Below, in pieces: positions 19,648 through 29,722 of a DNA stretch of 64,000 nucleotides (positions are counted from its first letter, which is position 1; every line of letters starts with the position of its first letter). The position numbers were made by a program, and so were the translations under genes. Source of the stretch: Alkalispirochaeta sp. (lineage in GTDB: Bacteria > Spirochaetota > Spirochaetia > DSM-27196 > Alkalispirochaetaceae); the NCBI GenBank assembly GCA_965601925.1, contig OZ271854.1, positions 4,224,001-4,288,000 on the forward strand. The letters are read 5' to 3'. Under the pieces are notes generated by a model. It was not told where the DNA came from, ran no database searches, and saw only the letters and a list, made by a program, of their open reading frames with translations.

Positions 19648-20634
19648 CTACCACCGTTGGTGCACCAACGAACGAACGTTTCGATCGTAGATGTCGGTCA
19701 CCGCCTCGTGAACCGTCGCGGACAACGGCGCCACCTCGCTCGCCTCCACGTTTGAAACGACCTGTTCGACTCGCGAGGCGCCGGGAATCACCGTACTCAC
19801 CGCGGGGTGGTCAAGAATCCACCGCAGGGCGCACTGCGCCATCGGGATCTCCTTCGGGAGAACCGCTTGTAGTTCGGCAACGGCAGCGAGCGCCTCCCGG
19901 TACGGCACTCCGCTGAAGGTCTCACCCTTGTCGAAGGCCGCTCCCTCGCGGTTGAAGGTACGGTGGTCGTCGGCGGCGAATACCGTATCGCCGGTGAACC
20001 GGCCGCTCAGCAGCCCGCTCGCGAGGGGGACGCGAACGATGATTCCCACACCGCGCGCCGCCGCTCTCTGGAAGAATCGTTCTCGCGGACGCAGGCGAAA
20101 CATGTTAAAGATGATTTGCACCGTAGCGACGTTCGGGAACTCGATCGCCTTTTCCGCCTCTTCTACTTTTTCGACGGAGACGCCGAGGTGTGCGATCTTG
20201 CCCTCTTCGCGAAGTCGTTCAAACGTCTCAAAAATCTCGGGTCGGTAGTACACCTGCGTCGGTGGACAGTGCAGTTGCACGAGGTCCAAACGTTCGAGCC
20301 CCGTGTTTTTTAGACTCGCTTCCACGAATGAACGCATCGCCTCGGGTGTGTAGGCCTCTTGGACGTGGGGAGAGAGCCCACGACCGCATTTCGTCGCGAC
20401 GAACACCTCTTCCCGCCGGCTGCGTACTACATCTCCGACCGCCGCCTCGCTCAGGCCCTCGCTGTACACGTCGGCGGTATCGATGAAGTTAACGCCGCGA
20501 TCGATCGCCTCCCCTACGATCGCATGTGCCGCGTCACGGTCGAACGGCCGCCCCCATCCGCCGCCGACCTGCCACGTGCCGATGGAGACCTCCGATACCT
20601 TCATACCGCTTCGTCCAAGATTCCGGTAATTCAT
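19648..20634 (-). CDS. Aldo/keto reductase
   Basis: YRNLGRSGMKVSEVSIG, FIDTADVY, VATKCG, LDLVQLH and VIPGAS motifs. Confidence 0.9.
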   Translation of the reverse strand: MNYRNLGRSGMKVSEVSIGTWQVGGGWGRPFDRDAAHAIVGEAIDRGVNFIDTADVYSEGLSEAAVGDVVRSRREEVFVATKCGRGLSPHVQEAYTPEAMRSFVEASLKNTGLERLDLVQLHCPPTQVYYRPEIFETFERLREEGKIAHLGVSVEKVEEAEKAIEFPNVATVQIIFNMFRLRPRERFFQRAAARGVGIIVRVPLASGLLSGRFTGDTVFAADDHRTFNREGAAFDKGETFSGVPYREALAAVAELQAVLPKEIPMAQCALRWILDHPAVSTVIPGASRVEQVVSNVEASEVAPLSATVHEAVTDIYDRNVRSLVHQRW

Positions 20635-20727
20635 ACCCGCAGGGTAGTACGATCGGCACCGAGAGACAAGCGCGTACACGGTCGGACGGGCCGCACGACG
20701 CCTATTGCGTCGATTCCTCGCGATGTG

Positions 20728-21399
20728 TCAGTGCACCTGCCACGTATCGCCGGGTTGCATCTCGCGCACCGTTATGCCGTCCGGGCGAAAATCGTCCGCG
20801 CTCTGCACCAACAACGGAAATGTCGCGTAGTGGATTGGAACGGCGACCTTCGCTCCGATCATTTCGGCGGCTTTTGAAGCCAACCGCGGCCCCATCGTGA
20901 AGCGATCCCCGATCGGTATTGCTGCGATGTCGGGCTTATACAGCTCGCCGATTAACGCCATATCGGAGAAAAGACCCGTATCACCGGCGTGATACACGAC
21001 GCGCCCTCCCATCGAGACGACCAGGCCGCACGGCATTCCCATATAGCGTCCCTCATACGACGATGAGTGAAAGGCGTGGGTAAACGCGATAGAACCGAAG
21101 GGAAGCGTTATCGTTCCCCCAGGGTTACCGGGTTCGATCTTCTCAACTCCTCGTTCCTGAAACCACGTCGCCAGTTCAAATGCGGCGATCACCGTCGCAC
21201 CGTTCTTTTTCGCAATGTTGACCGCATCACCCACGTGATCAGAATGGCCGTGCGTCAGGGCGATGTGGGTACACGACAAGTCCTCCGGCTTATGTACCGA
21301 TCGAGGATTGCCGGTGAGGAACGGATCGATCACCAGACGATACGTCCCGTCGTCGAGTACGAACCCGGAGTGGCTCAAGTACGTTATTGATAGTCCCAT
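20728..21399 (-). CDS. Metal-dependent hydrolase (UPF0173, metallo-beta-lactamase fold)
   Basis: IDPFL, THGHSDH, YHAGDT, PIGDRFTMG and VPIHY motifs. Confidence 0.88.
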   Translation of the reverse strand: MGLSITYLSHSGFVLDDGTYRLVIDPFLTGNPRSVHKPEDLSCTHIALTHGHSDHVGDAVNIAKKNGATVIAAFELATWFQERGVEKIEPGNPGGTITLPFGSIAFTHAFHSSSYEGRYMGMPCGLVVSMGGRVVYHAGDTGLFSDMALIGELYKPDIAAIPIGDRFTMGPRLASKAAEMIGAKVAVPIHYATFPLLVQSADDFRPDGITVREMQPGDTWQVH

Positions 21400-21511
21400 A
21401 GACGATCCTCCTTCGTCCCTAAAGGTTACGGAGAAGGAAAAAGTACCAACGGAACGTCACGTAGTCCACGTACGCGTCACGGTACGGCGGCGCGAAAGGC
21501 GACGGTGATCG

Positions 21512-22462
21512 CTAAGACGCGTCGCTCCCGCCCGCGGAGCGGAGCTGCCGATCGCCGCTTCGAGGAATCGCGAATGCCAAAGAGACGAGCACCAGAAAAG
21601 CTCCCGCGACGCTGACGATACCGGGTATCTCACCCAGAAACAGCGCAACGATGACCGTCGCAAAGACCGGCTCCAGCAAGATATAGGTAGATACCTCGGC
21701 GGCGTCGAGGTGCCGGAGAGTCCAGTTTATGAGGCTGTGGCCCAGGATCGTGCAAAAAAGCGCCAAAGCGATGAAGAGCGCGAACTCCCGTACCGGGTAG
21801 GGACCCAACGGCGTTCCCCACGCGCGGGCGACGAAAGAGAGCGCTGCCGCAGCGACGCCGTACACTGCAAAGCTATAGATAGATACCGGTACGAAACGCC
21901 GCGCCCAACGCCCGATGACCAGATACCCGGCGACTCCCGCGGCACCGGCCAAGGCGAGCATATCGCCGGCCACGGTCGGAGAGCGACCCGCCACACTTCC
22001 TCCTGCGGAGAGGACGATCGCGCCGATTATCGCAGTCGGCAACGCCGCAAGGCGTCGTGCTGCAACGGGTTCCCGCAAGAACAGCACCCCCGCGATCGTC
22101 ACGAGGATCGGGTGCATGGAGACGAGTACGGTCGAGTGAACGACGCTGGTAAACGAGAGCGACGAGATCCACGTGGCAAAGTGCATTGCCAAAAGGAGCC
22201 CGCTCGCGACCAGCATGAGCGCGACCTTCGGCACGCTCCCGCACGACAAGACTTCCACCGCCTCGTCGGTGCCGCGAGTATCGCGTTCGCGCTTCCGCCG
22301 CACACGCTCTACGCCCAAAAGAGGAGCGGTCAGCGCCGTCGCAAAGATCATTCGCCACGCCGCCACGGCCAACGGCGGCGAACCGCTCAGCCGTATGAGC
22401 GGAGCGGAGAGCGAAGAGAAGGCGATCGCCACCAGAACGACAAGGCGTGGATGCGCTCTCAT
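21512..22462 (-). CDS. DMT/EamA family transporter
   Basis: About 10 TMs; LAMHFATWISSL, GHSLINW and LLEPV motifs. Confidence 0.85.
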   Translation of the reverse strand: MRAHPRLVVLVAIAFSSLSAPLIRLSGSPPLAVAAWRMIFATALTAPLLGVERVRRKRERDTRGTDEAVEVLSCGSVPKVALMLVASGLLLAMHFATWISSLSFTSVVHSTVLVSMHPILVTIAGVLFLREPVAARRLAALPTAIIGAIVLSAGGSVAGRSPTVAGDMLALAGAAGVAGYLVIGRWARRFVPVSIYSFAVYGVAAAALSFVARAWGTPLGPYPVREFALFIALALFCTILGHSLINWTLRHLDAAEVSTYILLEPVFATVIVALFLGEIPGIVSVAGAFLVLVSLAFAIPRSGDRQLRSAGGSDAS

Positions 22463-22479
22463 ACGACACTACGGCGCAA

Positions 22480-23985
22480 TCAGTTCAGGGGAATGAAGCT
22501 CACCAGACTGCGGAGATTATCGTCGGTAAATCGTACGCCGGCGCTCACGAAAAAGTCGCGTTGGTAGATATCCATCGCGTCATCGACACCGCCGGCAAGA
22601 TAGATCCACCGCAGCGGGTTGTTGCTCTCCGGATCGTAGAAGGGATACAGCGTGCCGTACCCGCGCAGATAGACGCCGTCGTCGGCCCCGAAATCGAACG
22701 CCTCGGCCGAGAGGGCAAACCGATCGACGGGTTGAAGATCGAGCCCCACACCGGCAGTGCTTTCGAATACGCCGGCGCGCGCGGTGAGAGGGCCCCATAT
22801 TCGTGCGAGCTGAAGATTGAACTTCAGATCGTCGGAAGAGACTTGCTCGTTCCTCGTCTCAACCGTCGTCGTGCCTCCGGAGCTGGTCGTGGTCACCGTC
22901 GTCTCTTCGGTTCTCGTCGGTACCGGCGTGCTAACCACTCCGGCGGTATAGAACCGATCGCTCTGGCGCGGCACCAGGCGCAGATTGAAACGGTCTTTGG
23001 TTTCCAGTTGGTCCACCAAGAACTCGCTCCGGAAATCGAGCTGCACTCCGAGCCCGCCGATGGAATCGAGAAACCCTTCGGCCTCCTCGGTGATACGCAC
23101 GACCCTCGTGTACAGCTCATCGTCGTTTATCAAGCGACCGACATTCCCTTCGCCGTCCCGTACGACCCGTGTGATCTCCTGTACGTTGTCGGCGCTCGCC
23201 TGTAGCGAATTGATCACGACCTGTAGACCGGCAAGGTTCTCTTCGATCGATCGAATGCTCTGCGCCATACTTTGATCGTTTTCACCGACCAGCGAGTCGA
23301 GTCGCGCGGTCAGGCTTGCCGTCGAGTTAAGGATTTCCTGGACGGACTCCAGCTGCTGTATCGAGCTATCGTCCAGGCGCGCACTGAAGGATTGGATATT
23401 CTGCATCGTGCTCCGCGCAATGAGAAGGTTCTGCTCGAGAAGCGCACTCGTGGAGATCGCCGCCTCGCGAATGACCATCACGATCTCGTTGAGCGCCTGC
23501 ACGGTGCCTTCATCGGTAAGATAGGTGTTGATCTCCTCGACGAGTGCCGCGGCGTTGGCGGCCAGCACATTGGCGTTTCCCACCGCGTCGGAGATCGTAG
23601 CGGACTGCTGAACGTTACGAACCGTATCGCCGTCACCGAGGAGTCCGCCGACTCCCGTCCCGGGATTGATCGACACCGTCGCGGTGCCCAGAAGGCTTTC
23701 CGTCGCCTTAGCCACGACCGCATCCTCATACAACTCCACGCTCTCCCTGATTTCGAGCGTCAGACGGGCGCGGGAGCCGTCGAGTTCGATAGCGGTAAGC
23801 CGTCCGACGTCTACACCGGCCAACCGCACGTTCGAGTCGATCAACAATCCGCTGGCGTCATCGACGTAGGCGTGGACGGTATAGGTCCTGCCGGTTCCGA
23901 CAAACTCAGCGGTCTGCATGACGTAAAGAATCGTGCCGATGCCGGTCAAGGTCACAAACAGACCGATTTTCACATATCGTGACAC
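22480..23985 (-). CDS. mlaD: MCE/MlaD-family protein with coiled-coil and beta-rich C-terminus
   Basis: N-terminal TM; DASGL...VRLAGVDVG MCE motif; GEGNVGRLIND; operon with MlaE/MlaF-like genes. Confidence 0.85.
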   Translation of the reverse strand: MSRYVKIGLFVTLTGIGTILYVMQTAEFVGTGRTYTVHAYVDDASGLLIDSNVRLAGVDVGRLTAIELDGSRARLTLEIRESVELYEDAVVAKATESLLGTATVSINPGTGVGGLLGDGDTVRNVQQSATISDAVGNANVLAANAAALVEEINTYLTDEGTVQALNEIVMVIREAAISTSALLEQNLLIARSTMQNIQSFSARLDDSSIQQLESVQEILNSTASLTARLDSLVGENDQSMAQSIRSIEENLAGLQVVINSLQASADNVQEITRVVRDGEGNVGRLINDDELYTRVVRITEEAEGFLDSIGGLGVQLDFRSEFLVDQLETKDRFNLRLVPRQSDRFYTAGVVSTPVPTRTEETTVTTTSSGGTTTVETRNEQVSSDDLKFNLQLARIWGPLTARAGVFESTAGVGLDLQPVDRFALSAEAFDFGADDGVYLRGYGTLYPFYDPESNNPLRWIYLAGGVDDAMDIYQRDFFVSAGVRFTDDNLRSLVSFIPLN

Positions 23986-23986
23986 A

Positions 23987-24739
23987 CTAAACCTCTAACT
24001 CGGAAAACGAGTTGGCAATAAACTGCCGGAGCACGGGATGCTCCGTATCGCTCAGATCCCGCGGACGACCCTGCGCCTGGATTTGGCCATCATATAGGAA
24101 ACCTATGTAGTCGGAAATACGAAACGTCGCTTGAATATCATGAGTGATCAGGATACACGTAATGCCGAACTCGCGATTAACTTTCACGATGAGATCGTTG
24201 ATCGTCTCGGCGAGCACCGGATCGAGCCCGGTCGTCGGCTCGTCGAAGAGGAGTACGTCGGGTCGCGTCGCGAGGGTTCGGGCGAGGCCGACGCGCTTAC
24301 GCATACCGCCGGAGAGCTCCGAGGGAAACTTCTCCTCGATGCCGGGCAGACCGATCCACTCGAGTTTTTCCGCGACGATGGCGTCGATGTGAGGTTTGTC
24401 GGTCATACCCAACCCCTCTACCAACGGAAAGGCGATATTCTCGGCGACGGTGAGGGAATCGAAGAGCGCGGAGTCCTGGAAGAGATATCCGAAGTGACGC
24501 CGCATCTCGATGCGACGATTCGCGTCCGCAGCGATCATGCTCTCGTCGCGAAAAAAGATGTCACCCCGATCCGGTTCGAGGATGCCGATGATGTTCTTGA
24601 TGAGAACGCTCTTGCCGGTACCGCTCTGCCCGATGATTGCGGTGACCTTCTGCTCCTCGAAGGCTATGTCGATCCCCTGGAGAACGTGATTTTCTCCAAA
24701 AGATTTAAACAGTCCTTCGACCCGAACGATCTTGCCCAT
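23987..24739 (-). CDS. mlaF: MlaF-like ABC ATPase
   Basis: GQSGTGKS, LFQDSALFDSLTV, ELSGGMRKRVGLAR and DEPTTGLDP motifs. Confidence 0.9.
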   Translation of the reverse strand: MGKIVRVEGLFKSFGENHVLQGIDIAFEEQKVTAIIGQSGTGKSVLIKNIIGILEPDRGDIFFRDESMIAADANRRIEMRRHFGYLFQDSALFDSLTVAENIAFPLVEGLGMTDKPHIDAIVAEKLEWIGLPGIEEKFPSELSGGMRKRVGLARTLATRPDVLLFDEPTTGLDPVLAETINDLIVKVNREFGITCILITHDIQATFRISDYIGFLYDGQIQAQGRPRDLSDTEHPVLRQFIANSFSELEV

Positions 24740-24745
24740 ACGCCT

Positions 24746-25588
24746 TCAATACAACAATTCGAGCATCAAGTCGGCCATAACGTAATCGGCTACCAAAATG
24801 CCGACCGACGAGGTGACGACAGCGCGTGTCGCCGCCTCTCCTACCCCCTTTGCCCCTCGATCGGAGTTGAATCCGAAGTAGGCGCAAATCACACTCATCA
24901 TAAACCCCATCACCGCCGCCTTGATCATGCCCGACGCGACGTCGGCCGGTTCCACGAACCAGTATAGCTGATCGAGAAAACCGCCGGGATCGACGTCCAG
25001 AGTACCGACCGCGATAATGTACGCCCCGACCAGCCCCACGACGTTGGCCATGGCGGTGAGGATCGGGAACACCACGACGCTGGCGACGACACGGGGAACC
25101 ACCAAGTAGTGGATCGGATCGACCGACATGGTTTGCATGGCGTCGATCTGTTCGGTGACGCGCATCGTTCCCAACTCCGCGGTCATGGCCGATCCGTTTT
25201 TTGCTATGAGCATCAGCGTCGTGATCACGGGGGCGAGTTCTCGAGCCAGAGTAAGTCCTACCGCCGCTCCGACCATCGTCTCGGCCTGAAACAGCGCCAA
25301 GAGGAGCGTAATCTGAAGCGAGAAGATCATCCCGATCGCGAAACTCGACAGACCGATAATCGGTACGGAACGGACGCCGATACGCTCCATCTGCTCGGCA
25401 AAGAGCCGCCAGCGAACCGGACGTTTCGGAAGACAGCGCAACACCCGTCCGAAAAAGATAAAGAATACCCCCAGCCCCTCGAATGTGACGTAGATTCGAC
25501 GTCCCATCGCCTCCAAAGGGCTGAGAATACGCGATTTCGGCGGCGGAGCACCGGCGTCTTGTTGTTCACGATCCATGACACCGCTCAT
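24746..25588 (-). CDS. mlaE: MlaE-like ABC permease
   Basis: RELAPV, GSAMTAELGTMRVTEQIDAM and GVGEAATRAVV motifs. Confidence 0.92.
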   Translation of the reverse strand: MSGVMDREQQDAGAPPPKSRILSPLEAMGRRIYVTFEGLGVFFIFFGRVLRCLPKRPVRWRLFAEQMERIGVRSVPIIGLSSFAIGMIFSLQITLLLALFQAETMVGAAVGLTLARELAPVITTLMLIAKNGSAMTAELGTMRVTEQIDAMQTMSVDPIHYLVVPRVVASVVVFPILTAMANVVGLVGAYIIAVGTLDVDPGGFLDQLYWFVEPADVASGMIKAAVMGFMMSVICAYFGFNSDRGAKGVGEAATRAVVTSSVGILVADYVMADLMLELLY

Positions 25589-25703
25589 CGAGTGCGTAAT
25601 GTATCATATGTACGCAAAAATGTGAGGGGTTACCGCGCGAGAACCATAAACTGGGTATAAACGATGAGACGGCAAGGCGTCCGGCATCGCCTCGCCTCCC
25701 CGG

Positions 25704-26276
25704 TCACGTCAACACGTCGCCGACCGGAAGATCGCCCATAAAACTTAACGCCTCCACGCAGTGCTCGAAGAGCCGCATGCACTGCCGAGCATCGTCGCGG
25801 GCGCGGTGCGCCGTGTTGGCGGGAATACCGAGCATTTCCACCAAACTTTGGAGGGCGTAACTCTTCTTGCCGGGAAAGGCCTTCTGCGCCAATACCTGGG
25901 TGTCGAGGATGCGGTTCCCGATCGTCGGAAGCCCGGCGCGCTGGAGTTCCGCGCGCAGAAAACCGGTATCGAACTCCGCGTTGTGGGCCATCAGAATCGA
26001 ATCGCCCAAAAACTCGACGAATCGCGGGAGGACATGTGCCACCGCCGGCTTGCCGACCACCATCTCGTCGGTAATACCGCTCACCTTTGCCGCATCGGGG
26101 TGAATGGCCACCCCGGGGTCGGCGAGCTCACCGAACGCTCCGGTCTCCTCTCCGATCGTGAAGCGGACCGCCCCGAACTCCACGATGCGATCGACCGCCG
26201 GATGTAGTCCCGTCGTCTCGAAGTCGAACGCCACGAATGTGAAATCGGTGACCGGGCGGGTAGTATCGATTGTCAA
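25704..26276 (-). CDS. DEDDh 3'-5' exonuclease (DnaQ/PolC-like)
   Basis: FDFETTGL, AHNAEFD and HRARDDA motifs; start overlaps the upstream stop. Confidence 0.88.
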   Translation of the reverse strand: MTIDTTRPVTDFTFVAFDFETTGLHPAVDRIVEFGAVRFTIGEETGAFGELADPGVAIHPDAAKVSGITDEMVVGKPAVAHVLPRFVEFLGDSILMAHNAEFDTGFLRAELQRAGLPTIGNRILDTQVLAQKAFPGKKSYALQSLVEMLGIPANTAHRARDDARQCMRLFEHCVEALSFMGDLPVGDVLT

Positions 26277-28048
26277 CGTTGCGCCTCCTCGATGATAGAA
26301 CGAATGTCGGCCGCGATTGAGGCGATCTGGCCGGCGACGATCGGCTTGGCGACCGTCGGATCGGTACCGGCCTCCCCGTGGCAGCTGGCGTAGAACTTTA
26401 TCTTAGGTTCGGTTCCCGAGGGACGCATGCTCACCTTCGCCCCGTTCGTCAGATAAAACTGCAAGACATTGGATTTCGGAAGCCCCGGCCCCGCCTCTCG
26501 TATGCCCGACGCGGGATACGAAATCGTATCGGCCTGTATGTCGACGATGCGCTCGATCGTCGAGCCGCCGAACCGTGCCGGTGGATTATCGCGTAGGCGC
26601 GCCATTACGCCGGCCATGATCTCTTTCCCCGCCTGCCCTTCGAAGTAGGTCGAGATCGTCTCCTCCTGCCAGTACCCGAACTCCTTCCACAACTGCTCCA
26701 GGCGCTCCAGCACGCTGACACCGTGTCGGCGCCAATGGAGCGCCATTTCGATGGTAAGCATCGTCGCGGTAATGCTGTCCTTGTCGCGGACCTCCGTGCC
26801 GATGAGATAGCCGTAACTCTCCTCGTCTCCCATGACGTACTCGAGGTCGCTCGATTCGGTCTCCAGTCGCCGCATAATCGATGCGATGTGTTTGAAACCG
26901 GTCAACGTTTCGAATACCGTAGCACCGTGGTGTTCGGCAACGGCGCGTTGCATCTCGGTGGTAACGACCGTCGTGACGAATGCGGGCTTCGGCGGGAGCG
27001 TTCCCAGCGCCTTACGCTGCCCCAGGATATAATCGGCGAGGAGAACGCCGAGCTGATTGCCGGTGACCAACACCATCTCGTCACCGCTCGGCACCGCGAT
27101 CCCGAGACGATCCGCGTCGGGATCGGTACCGAGCACGATGTCGGCGCGTTCCTTTTTTCCGAGCTCGACCGCCATTGTCATGGCGCTCGCCTCCTCCGGG
27201 TTGGGAAAGTCGACGGTGGGAAACTCGCCGTCCGGTTCCCGTTGCTCCGGTACGGTGATGACGTTGACACCGAGCTCTCCCAGGACGCGCTCGACCATAA
27301 GCGCGCCGGTTCCGTGAAGCGGTGTATAGACCGCACGCACCTCACTCCCCTTTTCCCTCAATAAGTCGGGTTGCACCGATTGGCGCTTTACCATGGCGAC
27401 GAACGCGTCGTCGATGTCGGCGTCGATGTGCTCGAGCAGCCCCCGTTCGATCGCCTGCTCGCGCTCCATCCGCACGATCTCATCGGGCTTGACGGCCATC
27501 ACCTCGTCGATGATGCGCTCGTCATGGGGCGCTACGATCTGCGCGCCGTCGCTCCAGTAGACCTTGTACCCGTTGTATTGCGGCGGGTTATGACTGGCGG
27601 TGACCATGACACCGACCGATGCACCGAGGGTTCGTACCGCAAAGGAGAGCTCCGGCGTCGGCCGCAACGCGGAGAAGAGATACGCCTTGACGCCGTGGGC
27701 GGCGAAGACCAACGCGGCCGATAGGGCGAACTCGCGCGAATAGCGGCGACTATCGTAGGACAATACCGCGGCACGGCTGCCGTCCGGACGAGTATCTCCC
27801 TCTCTGGACACATACCGCGCAAGGCCGGTCGTCGCCCGATCTACGACAAAGGGGTTAATGCGGTTAAATCCGCCGCCGATCACACCGCGCAGTCCGCCGG
27901 TACCGAACTCGAGGTCGGTGTAAAAACGATCGTGAAGTTCCGTCCAGTCTTCCGCCGCGATAAGCTCGCTGACTCCGTCGGCGAACTGCGCATCCTGTTC
28001 CGCCGCGACATAGATGTGCGCCTTTTGCAACAGTTCCTGTTGATCCAT
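26273..28048 (-). CDS. Phosphoglucomutase/phosphomannomutase
   Basis: FGTGGLRG, TASHNP, DPDADR, EESYG and RPSGTEPKIK motifs; GAGGAGG SD before ATG 28048. Confidence 0.92.
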   Translation of the reverse strand: MDQQELLQKAHIYVAAEQDAQFADGVSELIAAEDWTELHDRFYTDLEFGTGGLRGVIGGGFNRINPFVVDRATTGLARYVSREGDTRPDGSRAAVLSYDSRRYSREFALSAALVFAAHGVKAYLFSALRPTPELSFAVRTLGASVGVMVTASHNPPQYNGYKVYWSDGAQIVAPHDERIIDEVMAVKPDEIVRMEREQAIERGLLEHIDADIDDAFVAMVKRQSVQPDLLREKGSEVRAVYTPLHGTGALMVERVLGELGVNVITVPEQREPDGEFPTVDFPNPEEASAMTMAVELGKKERADIVLGTDPDADRLGIAVPSGDEMVLVTGNQLGVLLADYILGQRKALGTLPPKPAFVTTVVTTEMQRAVAEHHGATVFETLTGFKHIASIMRRLETESSDLEYVMGDEESYGYLIGTEVRDKDSITATMLTIEMALHWRRHGVSVLERLEQLWKEFGYWQEETISTYFEGQAGKEIMAGVMARLRDNPPARFGGSTIERIVDIQADTISYPASGIREAGPGLPKSNVLQFYLTNGAKVSMRPSGTEPKIKFYASCHGEAGTDPTVAKPIVAGQIASIAADIRSIIEEAQR

Positions 28049-28076
28049 CTCTTCCTCCTCTACCACGCCGCAGCGT

Positions 28077-28790
28077 TCAGTACACTCCCAGTGCTCGACC
28101 GAGCTCCACGGCACTGTAGCACATATGGGTCGCCCCGGCGGCCGCAACCGCCTCGGGGGTACGAAATCCCCACGCGACGCCTACGGGAATGCACCCTGCG
28201 GTTCGCGCCGTCTCCATATCGACCTCCGAGTCACCGACAAGGGCCACATCGCCCGGATCCACCGCAACGGTCTGTAGGATAGCATACAGCGACGCGGGAT
28301 CGGGCTTGGGCGGCACCCCGTCGATCTGTCCGCGAATCACCTCAAACAGCGCCCGATTTCCGGACAGCCCCAAGGCGTTCCGCGACAACGTGGCCGCGCA
28401 CACTAACTGCGTCAGCCCGTCCGGTTTATTCGAGAGAATCGCCATCGGTATCGACGCGGCGTCCAACGCACGCACGATATCGGGAACTCCGGGATACGGT
28501 CTGGTATGATCCGCCGGATGTCGGGCATAGTACTCGCGCGCCCGCCGTGAGAGCTCGTCTACCAACGAGTCGTCGGTCGGGTCACCGGTCGGAAGCGACA
28601 GCTCGATGAGGTGCCGCATTCCCCAACCGACGCGCTGCGTGTACGTTTCGACGGGCGACTCGGGATATCCCATGGATGCAAGGGCGTAGTTCACCGCCGT
28701 TGCGATATCGGCAAGGGTATCCAGAAGCGTACCGTCCAGATCGAACACGACGGCTCGGGGTGTGGTGAAATCGTCGGTACGGCGTGACAC
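28077..28790 (-). CDS. HAD-family hydrolase (phosphoglycolate phosphatase-like)
   Basis: FDLDGTLLDT, LSNK, KPDP, VGDSEVD and GVAWGFR motifs. Confidence 0.88.
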   Translation of the reverse strand: MSRRTDDFTTPRAVVFDLDGTLLDTLADIATAVNYALASMGYPESPVETYTQRVGWGMRHLIELSLPTGDPTDDSLVDELSRRAREYYARHPADHTRPYPGVPDIVRALDAASIPMAILSNKPDGLTQLVCAATLSRNALGLSGNRALFEVIRGQIDGVPPKPDPASLYAILQTVAVDPGDVALVGDSEVDMETARTAGCIPVGVAWGFRTPEAVAAAGATHMCYSAVELGRALGVY

Positions 28791-28861
28791 GCTGGGAACG
28801 GTATCGTCGAAGGGCCGCAGTGGTCAATCGGATGTGTGACAATCGATCGAAGGAGTGGTCG

Positions 28862-29683
28862 GTGCAGAAGGGGCACGAAGGTTTCGACGCGTACTACGGT
28901 GAGCTATTCGGTGATCGGTGGAATGCGCTCTCGACGGCACTCACCTCACCACGCCGCCACGCCGCCTACACTCGTGGGCTCACGAAGGCGTACTACCTGG
29001 ATCCGGCATCGATCGTTGCGGCGCATCTACTTCCGCTCGATGGAGCGCAACGAGTGCTGGACATGTGCGCCGCCCCGGGCGGCAAGGCACTCATCATCGC
29101 CGGGCGCCTTCCCGACGGGGCAACACTGGTAGCCAACGAGCGCTCTCGCCGACGCCGCGCACGCCTCGCCGCGGTATTGGACGAGCACCTGGATTCACCG
29201 ATACGGTCGAACATACGGATTACGGCCCACGACGCCGGCCGTTGGGGACTCCACGAACCCGATACCTACGACGCTATTCTGGCGGACGTACCTTGTTCTT
29301 CGGAGCGACACGTGCTGGTCTCTCCGGAAGATCTGGAGCGATGGAGCGTGCACCGGATCAAGCGGCTCGCACTGACACAGTTCGCGATTCTCGCCGCGGC
29401 GATCGACAGCGTACGCCCCGGCGGATACGTTCTCTACGCAACGTGCGCCCTTACTCCCCGTGAGAACGACGATGTCGTCGGGAAGGCGCTACGTCGACGC
29501 CAAAACGTCGAAATCGTCCCGTTACCGCCGGATGCAGCGATATACGAGCACGACGAACCATTTGTCGCGACACTTCTGAGCGCGGCAGAGGATACGGAGT
29601 ACGGCATCCACATGCTGCCCGATGTCGGGCACGGCGCCGGGCCGATATATTGCGCGCTCCTGCGCAAAGCGATTCAACCGTAG
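28862..29683 (+). CDS. RsmB/NOP-family RNA m5C methyltransferase
   Basis: VLDMCAAPGGK, ILADVPCS and LYATCAL motifs; AGGAG SD before GTG 28862. Confidence 0.88.
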   Translation: MQKGHEGFDAYYGELFGDRWNALSTALTSPRRHAAYTRGLTKAYYLDPASIVAAHLLPLDGAQRVLDMCAAPGGKALIIAGRLPDGATLVANERSRRRRARLAAVLDEHLDSPIRSNIRITAHDAGRWGLHEPDTYDAILADVPCSSERHVLVSPEDLERWSVHRIKRLALTQFAILAAAIDSVRPGGYVLYATCALTPRENDDVVGKALRRRQNVEIVPLPPDAAIYEHDEPFVATLLSAAEDTEYGIHMLPDVGHGAGPIYCALLRKAIQP

Positions 29684-29722
29684 TGACACGCACCGGCACC
29701 TCAGCTACACTCCCACGACCCA

